Source: an uncultured Prevotellaceae bacterium
Lineage (GTDB): Bacteria > Bacteroidota > Bacteroidia > Bacteroidales > Bacteroidaceae
Direction of reading: 5' to 3'
DNA: 64,000 bases
NCBI GenBank assembly: GCA_946188395.1
Contig: CAMHUU010000006.1
Location: forward strand, 21,866 to 85,865
The notes under the pieces are model-generated. The model did no database searches. It had not been told where the DNA came from and saw nothing but the letters and a program-made list of their open reading frames with translations. Position numbers and translations under genes: made by a program. Positions within the stretch are counted from its first letter, which is position 1. Each line of letters opens with the position of its first letter. This document shows, in pieces, positions 1 through 10,019 of this stretch.

Positions 1-446
1 AGCTGGACAAGGACCGCATCTATAAAGTACAGATTAACGACCTCAGTGTGCGCCTGTTGATGTTGCAGAACAACGAGATGGACGCCCTGTGGCTCATGGA
101 GCCGCAAGCCACTGCAGCCCGGATGATGAAGCATGGTGTGGTGTATGACACCCGTAAGGAGGACCTGCAGCTGGGTGTGATGGCGTTCCGCGAAAAGGAG
201 ATGCGCCATCAGGAGCGTGGCCAGCAGTTGGAACTCTTCGTGCAAGCCTACAATCAAGCTTGTGACTCCATCAATAAATACGGGGTGCTGCGCTATCGCG
301 ACCTCATTGTGGAGCGTTGTAAGATGAAGGCGAACATGGTGGACTCGTTGCCGAAAGATATAAAATATGTACACGCGCGAGGACCCCGTGAGCAGGATAT
401 TGCGCTGGTCGAGAAGTGGCTGGGTATCAAAAAGACAGAGAAATGA
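1..446 (+). CDS. ABC transporter substrate-binding protein (NMT1/SsuA-like), 5'-truncated by window edge
   Basis: Frame is open back to the window start. 'RLLMLQNNEMDALWLMEPQAT' and 'FVQAYNQACDSIN' resemble the C-terminal half of Prevotella periplasmic binding proteins. The stop overlaps the next ATG (ATGA 443-446). Confidence 0.6.
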   Translation, partial: LDKDRIYKVQINDLSVRLLMLQNNEMDALWLMEPQATAARMMKHGVVYDTRKEDLQLGVMAFREKEMRHQERGQQLELFVQAYNQACDSINKYGVLRYRDLIVERCKMKANMVDSLPKDIKYVHARGPREQDIALVEKWLGIKKTEK

Positions 447-2563
447 AGTCATTAGATCACTCGTTGGAGCCTGTTTTCAGGCAAATCCGCGAAGGCAATT
501 GTGGAATGGCAATTGCTGAGTTGGAGGTTTATCTGTCGGCATGGCCCGACGGACAGACTACTGATCGCCTGAATGTGCTGAAGGAAGAATACGAGCTGAT
601 GGCAGGCTATTGGCGCAAAGGCGTCGACGACCCGCAGCGTCAGGAACAATATCAGCGTTTGCTCCAGCAGGTGTATTTGATTTTTGCTAATATTGCCATG
701 TACCGTCGTCTGCAGGCATCGTCGTTTCTGGTTGCTTTGCATCAGAGTGCACGAAAGCAGGTTCGCGACTGGTCTCTGTCAGCCATTCGTCATGAAATGG
801 AGAATTTCGTCAGCGAAATAGCCATGCTCGAGTTTGAGGCTGAGAACAAGCGAAAGGAGAAAAGTCGGGCACTCTATAAAGCTCACCAGCAACAGGTGAA
901 TATGCTGTTCAACTATATCGTCACGTCGCGTATGTGGACGAATAGTGTAGGAAAGGGCTTTACGGAATTATTACTGTCGCCGACCATCGACAATATCGAT
1001 CAGCAACTCATCGTTTCAGCCATTACCATCTCGCTGATGAGTCAGTTCGATATGGTGAAGTTCCGCTTGCTGACGGATGTCTATCGCCAGGCGACTGACG
1101 AGCATGTGCGTCAGCGTGCTTTGGTGGGGTGGGTGTTTTCGCTGGACGATACCATGAGAAACGTCTATCCTGAACAGCAGACCATCGTTGACGATTTGCT
1201 GAAGTCGGACGCTGTGTGCCAGGAACTTACCGAATTGCAGATGCAGCTGTTGTTGACGCTGAATGCCGAGAAGGATAACGACATCATACGGAATGAAATC
1301 ATGCCCGATCTGATGAAGAACGATGCGTTTCAGATTACCCGAAATGGTATTGAGGAGGTCGAGGAAGACCCGTTGGAGGACGTCCTGCACCCTGATGCGT
1401 CGGAGCGTCGGATGGAACAGCTCGAGGCCTCCATGCAGCGTATGATAGATATGCAAAAGCAAGGGTCCGACGTGTATTTCGGAGGGTTTGCACAAATGAA
1501 GCGCTATCCTTTCTTTTACGATATGTCCAACTGGCTGGTTCCGTTTTACATCGACCATCCCGATATTGCTCAGTTTGTAGACCGGCTGGAATTCCAGCGC
1601 TTTGTGAGGTCCATTCTCTCGAAAGGTCCATTCTGCAATAGCGACAAATATTCGTTTGTCATTGCCTCGATGGAAGTGCTCAGTCGTTTGCCTGCAAGCA
1701 TACGGGATGTTATCAGGAGTAACGAAGCGTCGCTGGGTGAATTGGCACTTGGCGAAAACCAGACGTCAGCCTATCTGCGTCGTATTTATCTGATGGACCT
1801 CTATCGTTTCTTCCGCCTGTTCCCCAATCGTGCGGCGCTGAACAACCCCTTTGAAGATAGCACGCAGGAATACGACACACTGAATTTCTTCAGTTATGTC
1901 TTCTTCGCAGGTACGCAACTCGATGCTCAGAAGCACAGTGTAGTGCGCATGATGAAGAAATACCAATTCGACAAGATGGCGAAGAACATGTTAATCGCTA
2001 TTCCACGACGATACCGCGATGCTCAGTATTATATCTGGGCCGAACAATACGAAAAGGCTGTTGAGGTGGATCCCTCGAACGAGCAGGCCTTGAGTGGTGC
2101 AGCACGTCATGCTTTCAAGAATAGCGAATATGATAAGGCGAATGACTATTACGACCGTCTGTTGTTGCTGTTCCCAGGCAAGAAAAACTATATGCTGAAC
2201 AAGGCCGTCTGTCTGGTCCAGCTCGAGGATTACGAAGAAGCCTTGAAATTGCTCTACGAGTTAGATTATGAGTATGCTGACGATGTGAACGTACAGCGTG
2301 TGCTGGCGTGGACGCTAACCTGTGACAGCCGACTGGAGCAGGCGGCAGCCATCTACGAGCAACTGATGACAGGAGAAAAAGTGATAGCTGAGGACCACTT
2401 GAATTATGGCTATTGCCTCTGGGTAATGGGGCGTATTGACGACGCTGCAGAACATTTCAGAAAGTCCAACAATCCCATAGATTTCCCCGATATCTACTGG
2501 TTGTCGAAGCGGGGCATTGATAAGCTGCAAATCCGAATGATGAAAGCCTTGATACGCTCTTAG
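443..2563 (+). CDS. Tetratricopeptide-repeat protein
   Basis: About 706 aa from the ATG at 443 (ATGA coupling). Helical protein with C-terminal TPR motifs (e.g. 'YMLNKAVCLVQLEDYEEALKLL', 'HLNYGYCLWVMGRIDDAAEHF'). Confidence 0.8.
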   Translation: MKSLDHSLEPVFRQIREGNCGMAIAELEVYLSAWPDGQTTDRLNVLKEEYELMAGYWRKGVDDPQRQEQYQRLLQQVYLIFANIAMYRRLQASSFLVALHQSARKQVRDWSLSAIRHEMENFVSEIAMLEFEAENKRKEKSRALYKAHQQQVNMLFNYIVTSRMWTNSVGKGFTELLLSPTIDNIDQQLIVSAITISLMSQFDMVKFRLLTDVYRQATDEHVRQRALVGWVFSLDDTMRNVYPEQQTIVDDLLKSDAVCQELTELQMQLLLTLNAEKDNDIIRNEIMPDLMKNDAFQITRNGIEEVEEDPLEDVLHPDASERRMEQLEASMQRMIDMQKQGSDVYFGGFAQMKRYPFFYDMSNWLVPFYIDHPDIAQFVDRLEFQRFVRSILSKGPFCNSDKYSFVIASMEVLSRLPASIRDVIRSNEASLGELALGENQTSAYLRRIYLMDLYRFFRLFPNRAALNNPFEDSTQEYDTLNFFSYVFFAGTQLDAQKHSVVRMMKKYQFDKMAKNMLIAIPRRYRDAQYYIWAEQYEKAVEVDPSNEQALSGAARHAFKNSEYDKANDYYDRLLLLFPGKKNYMLNKAVCLVQLEDYEEALKLLYELDYEYADDVNVQRVLAWTLTCDSRLEQAAAIYEQLMTGEKVIAEDHLNYGYCLWVMGRIDDAAEHFRKSNNPIDFPDIYWLSKRGIDKLQIRMMKALIRS

Positions 2564-3879
2564 AGGAAGGGCTGTAGCAAGTGTGCAAACCATCCGCGGA
2601 ATTTCTGCCATCCTGTACGGAACTCATCCCACGTCTTATCAGTCAGTTCGAAACTTTTCTGCTTGTCGCGCCAGAACATATCGTCCAGTTCCTTCGTCGT
2701 CGCCTTGTCAACGATAACGGCATTCTCCTCAAAGTCACATTTCAGACTGCGGGCATCCAGATTGGTACTTCCCACGGTGCAGTATAGTCCATCGACCATC
2801 ATGATCTTCGAATGGTGGAATCCCGGTTTGTAGAGCCACACTTTTGCCCCACGCTTCATCAGTTTGCGGGCTTGATAGAGGGCACAGTCAGGCGTTAGGG
2901 GGATATCGCTCTTCGACGACAGCATGATTTCGACCTTCACCCCTCTTTTAATGGCTCGTGTCAAGGCGCGGGTAACGCTTGGGATGAGGGTAAAGTAGGG
3001 ATTGATGATGTGGATGCTGTCTTGCGCCTGATTGATGGCGTTGATGTAGAACGTGCGCATGATTTTAGGCGTCACACCGGGTTCGCGGTTGATGATGCCC
3101 ACCATTTTCTGACTTTTCGTATGGGTGGTGTCGGGTTTCAGCCCTTCGAAAACGGTTGGCGTACCCCCCCGGTAGTATTTCATACCTGAGGCATTCTCTC
3201 CCGTTGTGCGGTTCCAGATGCGGAAGAATATGCGTTGCAGCTCGTTGACGGCATCGCCCTCAATCCTGCAGTGCATGTCGCGCCATTCGCCCACCTGTTC
3301 TGTACCTTTGATGTAGTAGTCGGCCACATTCATGCCGCCCGTATAGGCTATCTTGCCGTCAATGACCACTATTTTGCGGTGGTCGCGTCCGTAGATGTGG
3401 TTCACCCAGGGGAATCGAATGGGGGAGTACTCCACGATATCGATGGAATCTTCGCGCAGTGACTCCAGATGATACTTTTTCAGCGGTTGGTTGTTCGAGT
3501 CGTTGCCAAACCCGTCGAACATGGCCCTCACCTCCACACCTTCCTTGCGTTTCTCGCGCAGCAGGTCGAACAGCAACGACGCAATGGAGTCGTTTCGGAA
3601 ATTAAAGTACTCCAAGTGTATGCTGCTCTTGGCTTGGCGGATGGCCTTGAACATGTCGTCGAATTTCTCCTGTCCCGACATCAACAGGGTCACGCTGTTG
3701 TCGTTGCTGAATCGGATGTGACTCTCGCGCAGTGTCTGAACAATCAGCGAGTCGCTCGTCTGAGCTTTTGCATAATGAGTAATGAGTAATGAGAAATGAG
3801 TAATGATGATTACAATAATTAACCGAAAGTCAATACCATGTGATAGCCATCGGCATATTCTGCCTACACAACAAATCAT
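2560..3879 (-). CDS. cls: Cardiolipin synthase / phospholipase D family
   Basis: Two HKD motifs: 'DHRKIVVIDGKIAYTGGMN' and 'HHSKIMMVDG...GSTNLDARS'. Start codon uncertain. Confidence 0.85.
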   Translation of the reverse strand: MICCVGRICRWLSHGIDFRLIIVIIITHFSLLITHYAKAQTSDSLIVQTLRESHIRFSNDNSVTLLMSGQEKFDDMFKAIRQAKSSIHLEYFNFRNDSIASLLFDLLREKRKEGVEVRAMFDGFGNDSNNQPLKKYHLESLREDSIDIVEYSPIRFPWVNHIYGRDHRKIVVIDGKIAYTGGMNVADYYIKGTEQVGEWRDMHCRIEGDAVNELQRIFFRIWNRTTGENASGMKYYRGGTPTVFEGLKPDTTHTKSQKMVGIINREPGVTPKIMRTFYINAINQAQDSIHIINPYFTLIPSVTRALTRAIKRGVKVEIMLSSKSDIPLTPDCALYQARKLMKRGAKVWLYKPGFHHSKIMMVDGLYCTVGSTNLDARSLKCDFEENAVIVDKATTKELDDMFWRDKQKSFELTDKTWDEFRTGWQKFRGWFAHLLQPFL

Positions 3880-3915
3880 AATTACTAATTCCTAATTACT
3901 AATTACTAATTTAAA

Positions 3916-6900
3916 TTACTTCTTGTATTTCATACGATACTCCAGCGGCGTCATTCCAAACTTATCCTTAAAGATATTGGCAAAGTTCTCTGCTGTCATG
4001 AATCCGACGTTGATTGCCAGCTCGCTCATGTTGATATTGGTGCTGACGAGCAGCGTGCAGGCATGTTTCAGACGCAGGTCACGCACAATCTCTGCTGGTG
4101 TCTTCGTCGTGATGGCACGTACCTTGTGGTAGAATGGTACGCGTCCCATGCCCATGGCGGTAGCCATCTCTTCAAGGCTGATTTGTCCGCGACTCATGTT
4201 CTGCAGCACGAATTGTTCGATGTTGCGCATCAGTTGCTGGTCCATCGCATCACTCATCGAGTAGTCGCCAATGGTGTTACCGCCGTAGTATTGGCGCATC
4301 AGTTCGCTTCCAATGTTCATAGGACCGCTCTGCTGGGGCTGTTCCTCTTCCTGCTCGTGAGGTGCTATGTCCTCTGCATTCTCCTCGTTGGCAGCACGCT
4401 GTTCTGCACCTTCGTCGTCGTAGTGGAAGGTGGCCGTCGTCATACTGGCATTGCGGCTCTCCAGGCGGCGCGTTTCTTCTCCTTCAATGGCGTTGCTCTC
4501 CATTTCGATAGGTCCGAGACCCATCAGTTTGTTGAATCGGATAACTGCCTCCTGGATGTTAAACGGCTTAGCCAGGTAGTCGTCTGCAGCCAGCGTAATG
4601 TTCTGGTCGGTCATATCCTGTTGCGACAGCACACCGTCCGTCAGCAGCACGAACTTGGTCTTTCTTCTGCGCGGATCCATCTTGAAGCGGCTGCACAGCT
4701 CACTACCCGTCATGTAGTCCATATCCTGCTTACATACGACGAGATCGGCATTCAGCATTTCGATGTCAGGCAGTGCATCCTTGATATTGTCGTAAACGTG
4801 GAAGTCGTAGACCTCGCGCAGATGGGCATTGACGAAGGTCAGGAATTCGTGGTTCGAATCGATGAACACCACACTGAACTTCTTCGCCTGCGAGTCGACC
4901 TTGAAAGGTCTGATTTCGGCAGTCAGTTCCTTGGCGGTAGAATTCGATATCATGGCCACCTCGCCTCGGTCGTTGAGTTCCATGCGGTCCTTGGCGGTCG
5001 ATTCGGCCTTCTTCTCCGGATTCTCCAGAGTCGACTGCATCTCCGAAATGCGGGTAATGACCTGCAACAGTTGGAAGTGCAGCGAGTTCAGTTGCTCGCG
5101 TCCCTCCATGGTCTGTTCTTTCTCAGCCAGCGAGCCGATAATAGTTGTCATGCGGGCCATAGGCTGGCGCAGGTCCTCACTGGTATTCTTGATTTCCTCG
5201 CGCTGGCGTTTCAGCTCGTCAATGACGGTACGCTTGCTTCTCCATACCTTTCTGATCTTCTGGATGCCGTAGCGCCAGATGGCCAATACCAGGATGGCGA
5301 TGATGACATATACCGTCAGCGCCCACCACGAAATCCACCAGGGGCGGTCGATGGTGATTTCCAGCGTACGTTCCTGATTGCTCACTGCTCCGTCAGCACT
5401 GACGGCCTTAACGTGCAGCGTATAGGTGCCACTGCTCAAATCTCGGAATCGGACACCATGCAACAGTGCGTCGCCGTTCCTCCAGTCGTTTTCCAGACCT
5501 TCCATCCAGTACATGAACTGCAGACGTTCGCCTTGGTTGTAGTTTCCTGCTGCAAACTTGATGGTCAGCGTGTTCTGGCTGTTTGCCAGTTCTATCTTGC
5601 TTATTTCGTTCAGCGCTGATGTCAAGATGGTGCGTCCGCCATATTCGTGTCCTGTCAGAATCTCTTCCTCGCCGATAAACAGCTGTGTCAGCATGACGCG
5701 TGGCAATGATTCCTGGTCGTCCTTTGTACCCTGGCGCACCCAGTTCACACCATAAAGACCTCCGAACACCACTTCACCGTTGTTTTTCGTCAGGATAGCT
5801 CCCATGTTGAACTCGTTACTCTGCAGTCCGTCATAGACGCTGTAATTATACAGTCCGTAGGTGAACGTGCCGTCTTCGTGGTCACGCTGTGTTACCACAC
5901 GGCTCAGACCATTGCTGGTCGATACCCAGATGTTGTGGTTTCTGTCCTCGACGATACCGCAGATGGAGTTGTTGCAAAGTCCGTCCTTTTCCGTCAGGTG
6001 ACTGACTTCGTCCTTGACGGTATTCAGAATGTTCAGACCTTCACGTGTTCCTATCCAGATCAGTCCGCGTGTGTCCTCATAAATCTGGGTGATATAATTG
6101 TTCGTGAATGTCTGTATATTTGTCGAATTTCCCGTCAGTACCGTTTTTTCGCGCGTCGAGAGGTCCAATATCACGAGTCCTTCTGCCGTACCAATCAACA
6201 TGCGGTTGTTCTGTCCGTAGAAGAGCGACGTGATGTTGTTGGTGTTCAGCATACCGTTCTCGCGGGTGTATGCCGAGAAGGTGTCCATCTTCGGGTTGTA
6301 CACCTGCAGTCCTCCGTTGGTGGCTATCCACAGGTTACCCGACTTATCGCTGCACAGGGCGTTAATGTGGTCGTCGATGAGTGTCTTCACACTGTCGCGG
6401 GCTGCCGAATAGATTTTTCCTATGCCGTTTTGAATACGTGTCAGTCCGTTCTGCTTCGAACCCACCCACAGGCTTCCGTCCGGCGTAGTGGCCATGCACG
6501 ACACCTTGGTGCTGGCTAGCGTACCGTTATAGCCAATAATACCTTTCGAACCGGTACCATACCAGATGGTGTTGTCGTTGCCTTGCGCTATGGCGGTGAC
6601 ATCGCCGATGAGTTCACTGTCGAACTTATAGATGTTGCTGCCGTAATAGGCCACGCCCGATTTCTCTGTACCTACCCATAGCAGGTCAGTGTCATCCACG
6701 TAGACGCTTTGTATGGCCATGTTTTCGCTGTCAATGCGACGGGGATTGATGCCGCGTGGCTGCACATTTTCCATTTCGTGCGTATTCACGTTGATGCGGA
6801 CGAGTCCCGAGCGGTCAGTACCCACCCAGATGTTGCCGTTGCGGTCGCCCGTCATTCCGTTCACGCTATGGTCTACGGCTACGCTGGTCAGTCCCAGCTG

Positions 6901-7677
6901 GTCGCCGATGGTGGTGTTCCATGTGTTGGCGTTTTTGTTGTATAGCATCAGTGTTCCTTGTCCGTAGAGCCAGATATTGTCCAGCTGGTCGGCAAAGACT
7001 TTCAGCGATTTTGTTTTACGCAGATGCTGTTGCGCGATGTGGTCAGTCTGCCACACCGTTTGCTGTTGGCGCATGATGTCGCAGCATACCAGTCGCCCGT
7101 CCTCGTAGACCAGGATTGCTCCGTCGCGACACTCGTTGATGGAGGTAATGGTGCCTTGGGGAATGCCGTGAGCATCGTTGGTATAGGCAAACGGATAGCT
7201 GGTCTGTTGCTGCATGTTATAGGCAATGACACCCTTGTTGGGAATCGATGCCCAGAAGTTCTTGTGCCTGTCTATGAACACGACATTGGGCTTACCCTCG
7301 ACACCCATGCTGGCATAGATCTGCTTCATGTCGCGCTCGAAACTTTCCGTCTGCGGATGATATACGCAGAACCCTGCCGATGTCTCAATCCACAGGTTGC
7401 CGTCCAGCATTTCCTGAATGCTGATGATGTAGCTGTCGGGCAGCGACGAGCCGTCCTGCGAGTTGCTCTGGAAATTCTTGAAGGTGTAGCCGTCGAAGCG
7501 GTACAGTCCCGCAGGGGTTCCGAACCACATGTATCCTCGTTGGTCTTTCAGCACGCAGTTAATCTGACTGCTGATGAGGCCGTTGCGGGCATCAAGTGTC
7601 TTAAACAAATATACGCCTGCAGCTGTCAATGGCAGTGCCAGCATGAGGACTAACAATATTTTCTTCAGTCTGTTCAT
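3916..7677 (-). CDS. HTCS-like membrane regulator: beta-propeller sensor + Y_Y_Y + TM + degenerate DHp + pseudo-receiver + AraC HTH (no HATPase)
   Basis: Signal peptide, repeated 'D..G.LW.GT..GL' blades, 'LSSGTYTLHVKA' (Y_Y_Y), TM 'PWWISWWALTVY', receiver-like 'ADDYLAKPF', AraC 'SELAINVGFMTAENFANIFKDKFGMTPLEYR'. Confidence 0.85.
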   Translation of the reverse strand: MNRLKKILLVLMLALPLTAAGVYLFKTLDARNGLISSQINCVLKDQRGYMWFGTPAGLYRFDGYTFKNFQSNSQDGSSLPDSYIISIQEMLDGNLWIETSAGFCVYHPQTESFERDMKQIYASMGVEGKPNVVFIDRHKNFWASIPNKGVIAYNMQQQTSYPFAYTNDAHGIPQGTITSINECRDGAILVYEDGRLVCCDIMRQQQTVWQTDHIAQQHLRKTKSLKVFADQLDNIWLYGQGTLMLYNKNANTWNTTIGDQLGLTSVAVDHSVNGMTGDRNGNIWVGTDRSGLVRINVNTHEMENVQPRGINPRRIDSENMAIQSVYVDDTDLLWVGTEKSGVAYYGSNIYKFDSELIGDVTAIAQGNDNTIWYGTGSKGIIGYNGTLASTKVSCMATTPDGSLWVGSKQNGLTRIQNGIGKIYSAARDSVKTLIDDHINALCSDKSGNLWIATNGGLQVYNPKMDTFSAYTRENGMLNTNNITSLFYGQNNRMLIGTAEGLVILDLSTREKTVLTGNSTNIQTFTNNYITQIYEDTRGLIWIGTREGLNILNTVKDEVSHLTEKDGLCNNSICGIVEDRNHNIWVSTSNGLSRVVTQRDHEDGTFTYGLYNYSVYDGLQSNEFNMGAILTKNNGEVVFGGLYGVNWVRQGTKDDQESLPRVMLTQLFIGEEEILTGHEYGGRTILTSALNEISKIELANSQNTLTIKFAAGNYNQGERLQFMYWMEGLENDWRNGDALLHGVRFRDLSSGTYTLHVKAVSADGAVSNQERTLEITIDRPWWISWWALTVYVIIAILVLAIWRYGIQKIRKVWRSKRTVIDELKRQREEIKNTSEDLRQPMARMTTIIGSLAEKEQTMEGREQLNSLHFQLLQVITRISEMQSTLENPEKKAESTAKDRMELNDRGEVAMISNSTAKELTAEIRPFKVDSQAKKFSVVFIDSNHEFLTFVNAHLREVYDFHVYDNIKDALPDIEMLNADLVVCKQDMDYMTGSELCSRFKMDPRRRKTKFVLLTDGVLSQQDMTDQNITLAADDYLAKPFNIQEAVIRFNKLMGLGPIEMESNAIEGEETRRLESRNASMTTATFHYDDEGAEQRAANEENAEDIAPHEQEEEQPQQSGPMNIGSELMRQYYGGNTIGDYSMSDAMDQQLMRNIEQFVLQNMSRGQISLEEMATAMGMGRVPFYHKVRAITTKTPAEIVRDLRLKHACTLLVSTNINMSELAINVGFMTAENFANIFKDKFGMTPLEYRMKYKK

Positions 7678-7689
7678 AGTCTGTATGTA

Positions 7690-8646
7690 TTAAAGCACAC
7701 ATGCATATCTGTCGACGATTCCAAGTAGTCTGTTTTCATCATCGACCACCAGCACGTTGTGGATTTTATGTTCGTTCATTGTCTTCTGTATCTCGGCAAT
7801 CTTGGCCTGCGGACTTACCTTCTTGGGGTTGCGCGTCATGATGTCGGCCACCGTCCTGTCGAAGAACTCTGCCTGCCATTTCTCCATGGCCCTGCGGATG
7901 TCGCCGTCGGTAATGAGTCCGCTGATGCGTCCGTCCTTGATGGCTACGCCCAGTCCCAGCTTGCCTTTGCTCACCAGAATGATAGCCTCGCCCAAATGCA
8001 TCTCTTCCGATAGCAGGGGCAGATTCTCTGTCAGCATCACATCCTGGGCGGTGGTCAGCAGTCGCTTGCCCAACTCGCCTCCCGGGTGGAACTGTGCGAA
8101 GTCTTGTGGCTGGAAATTGCGTCGTTCCATCAGTGCCACAGCCAGTGCGTCACCCATGACGAGTGTCGCTGTTGTCGAACTGGTGGGTGCCAGGTTCAAC
8201 GGACAGGCTTCTTTCTTTACGCTCACATTCAGATGGCAGGTCGAGTATTTGGCCAGCAGCGACTCCGGGTTCCCGCTCATGGCGATGATGGGAATCTCCA
8301 TGTGGAGCACCATCGGAATAAACCTCAGCAGCTCGTCCGTCTGGCCTGAGTTCGATATGGCCACCACCACGTCGCCTCTCGACATCACGCCCAGGTCGCC
8401 GTGATAGACGTCCAGCGGATTGATGAAGAACGACGGGGTACCTGTCGACGCCAGTGTCGCTGCTATCTTCGCTCCGATGTGTCCGCTCTTGCCCACGCCA
8501 GTGACGATGACCTTTCCTTGGCACTGCATCATCAGTTCCACAGCACGGTCGAAGTCCTCGTCCATCTTCGGTATCAGGTCCAGCACAGCCTGTGCCTCAT
8601 CCTTGATACATTGTATAGCGTATTCTCTTATCGTCACAATACTCAA
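7690..8646 (-). CDS. kdsD: Arabinose-5-phosphate isomerase, KpsF/GutQ family (SIS + CBS)
   Basis: 'GVGKSGHIGAKIAATLASTGTP', 'HGDLG', 'APTSST', 'FHPGGELG' and a C-terminal CBS pair. The TTG start overlaps the kdsA stop. Confidence 0.92.
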   Translation of the reverse strand: MSIVTIREYAIQCIKDEAQAVLDLIPKMDEDFDRAVELMMQCQGKVIVTGVGKSGHIGAKIAATLASTGTPSFFINPLDVYHGDLGVMSRGDVVVAISNSGQTDELLRFIPMVLHMEIPIIAMSGNPESLLAKYSTCHLNVSVKKEACPLNLAPTSSTTATLVMGDALAVALMERRNFQPQDFAQFHPGGELGKRLLTTAQDVMLTENLPLLSEEMHLGEAIILVSKGKLGLGVAIKDGRISGLITDGDIRRAMEKWQAEFFDRTVADIMTRNPKKVSPQAKIAEIQKTMNEHKIHNVLVVDDENRLLGIVDRYACVL

Positions 8647-9407
8647 TTATCAATTATCAATTGCCGCAGGAGTCCCTCCAGCTTATCCAACTCCAGCATG
8701 TTTGCTGCGTCGCTCAGTCCCTGGTCGGGGGTGGGGTGCACCTCGAAGAACCATCCTGTGGCTCCGAAGGCCTTCGCCGCCAGTGCCATCTGTGGCACGA
8801 ATCGTCTGTCGCCTCCCGTCTTGCCGTCCGCACCCCCTGGGCGCTGCACGCTATGGGTACAGTCCATAATCACCGTATCGCAGATGTCCAGCATGTCGGC
8901 GATGTTGCGGAAGTCCACCACCAGATTGTTGTATCCCATCATGTTGCCGCGCTCCGTCAGCCACACCTCCTGTGCTCCGGCGTCGCGGGCCTTCTCTACG
9001 GGGTATCGCATGTCCTGTCCGCTCAGAAACTGAGCCTTCTTGATGTTCACCACCCGTCCCGTCCGTGCGGCAGCCAGCAGCAGGTCCGTCTGTCGGCACA
9101 GGAAGGCAGGAATCTGCACCACGTCCACCACTTGTCCGGCCGGCTCAGCCTGCCAGGCTTCGTGGATGTCCGTCAACAGGCGCAGTCCGTATTTCTCTTT
9201 CACATCGCTCAGCATCTGCAGTCCTCTGTCGATGCCCGGTCCCCGGAAGGAACTGATCGATGTGCGGTTCGCCTTGTCGAACGAAGCCTTGAATATGATG
9301 TCAATGCCCAGTTTCCCGTTGATTTCCACCAGTTTAGCTGCCACTTCGTCCAGCAGCTCCGCTGATTCTATCACGCACGGTCCGGCAATGAATATCTTTT
9401 GCTTCAT
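8643..9407 (-). CDS. kdsA: KDO-8-phosphate synthase
   Basis: 'IAGPCVIES', 'KASFDKANRTS', 'QIPAFLCRQTDLL', 'NIKKAQF', 'DCTHSVQ'. ATG at 9407 chosen; an alternative TTG lies at 9416. Confidence 0.95.
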   Translation of the reverse strand: MKQKIFIAGPCVIESAELLDEVAAKLVEINGKLGIDIIFKASFDKANRTSISSFRGPGIDRGLQMLSDVKEKYGLRLLTDIHEAWQAEPAGQVVDVVQIPAFLCRQTDLLLAAARTGRVVNIKKAQFLSGQDMRYPVEKARDAGAQEVWLTERGNMMGYNNLVVDFRNIADMLDICDTVIMDCTHSVQRPGGADGKTGGDRRFVPQMALAAKAFGATGWFFEVHPTPDQGLSDAANMLELDKLEGLLRQLIIDN

Positions 9408-9566
9408 CAGTTTCAATTATCTTTAACCTTGCAAAGGTACGAATAAGCGAGCAAAATACAAAGAAAAAAACAATTTTTCTTTTATTTTTCTGAATTAATT
9501 ACTAACTTTGCACCCGTATAACGAAGGAAAGTACAAGAAAAAACTTAAATAATTATGAAAAAGACA

Positions 9567-10019
9567 TTAGAGGAACAGCGACGCTCCGTAGACGACGAGG
9601 ACGTAGCGCAGGAATTTGCCGATGGCGATGCTGGTGAGCGAGATGGGTATGTTGGCTCGCATGAGGCCGAGCACGATGGTGATGGCTGAGCCGAGGATGG
9701 GTACGAAGGCAAAGAAGCCCATCCAGGCACCGCGTCCGGCCATGAAGCGCGTGGCGCGGTCGAGGTCTTTCTGTTTGACGTGCAGGTAGCGCTCAATCCA
9801 TTCGAGACGTCCCATTCGTCCGATGAAATAATTGAACATTCCGCCGGCTACGTTTCCGATGGTTGCGTAGACGATGAGCAGCCAGGGGTCGAGTCCGGCA
9901 GCGAGTAGTCCGGTCATCACTGCCTCGCTGGAAAACGGGAAGAAGGAGCCTGCCACGAATGCCGTGATGAGCATGCCCCAATAGCCGTAGCTGATGAGTA
10001 GGGAAATGATTACATCCAT
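9567..10019 (-). CDS. YqaA/DedA (VTT domain) membrane protein
   Basis: From ATG 10019: 'MDVIISLLISYGYWGMLITAFVAGSFFPFSSEAVM...GKFLRY'. The upstream extension in the ORF track overlaps the next gene and is probably spurious. Confidence 0.85.
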   Translation of the reverse strand: MDVIISLLISYGYWGMLITAFVAGSFFPFSSEAVMTGLLAAGLDPWLLIVYATIGNVAGGMFNYFIGRMGRLEWIERYLHVKQKDLDRATRFMAGRGAWMGFFAFVPILGSAITIVLGLMRANIPISLTSIAIGKFLRYVLVVYGASLFL

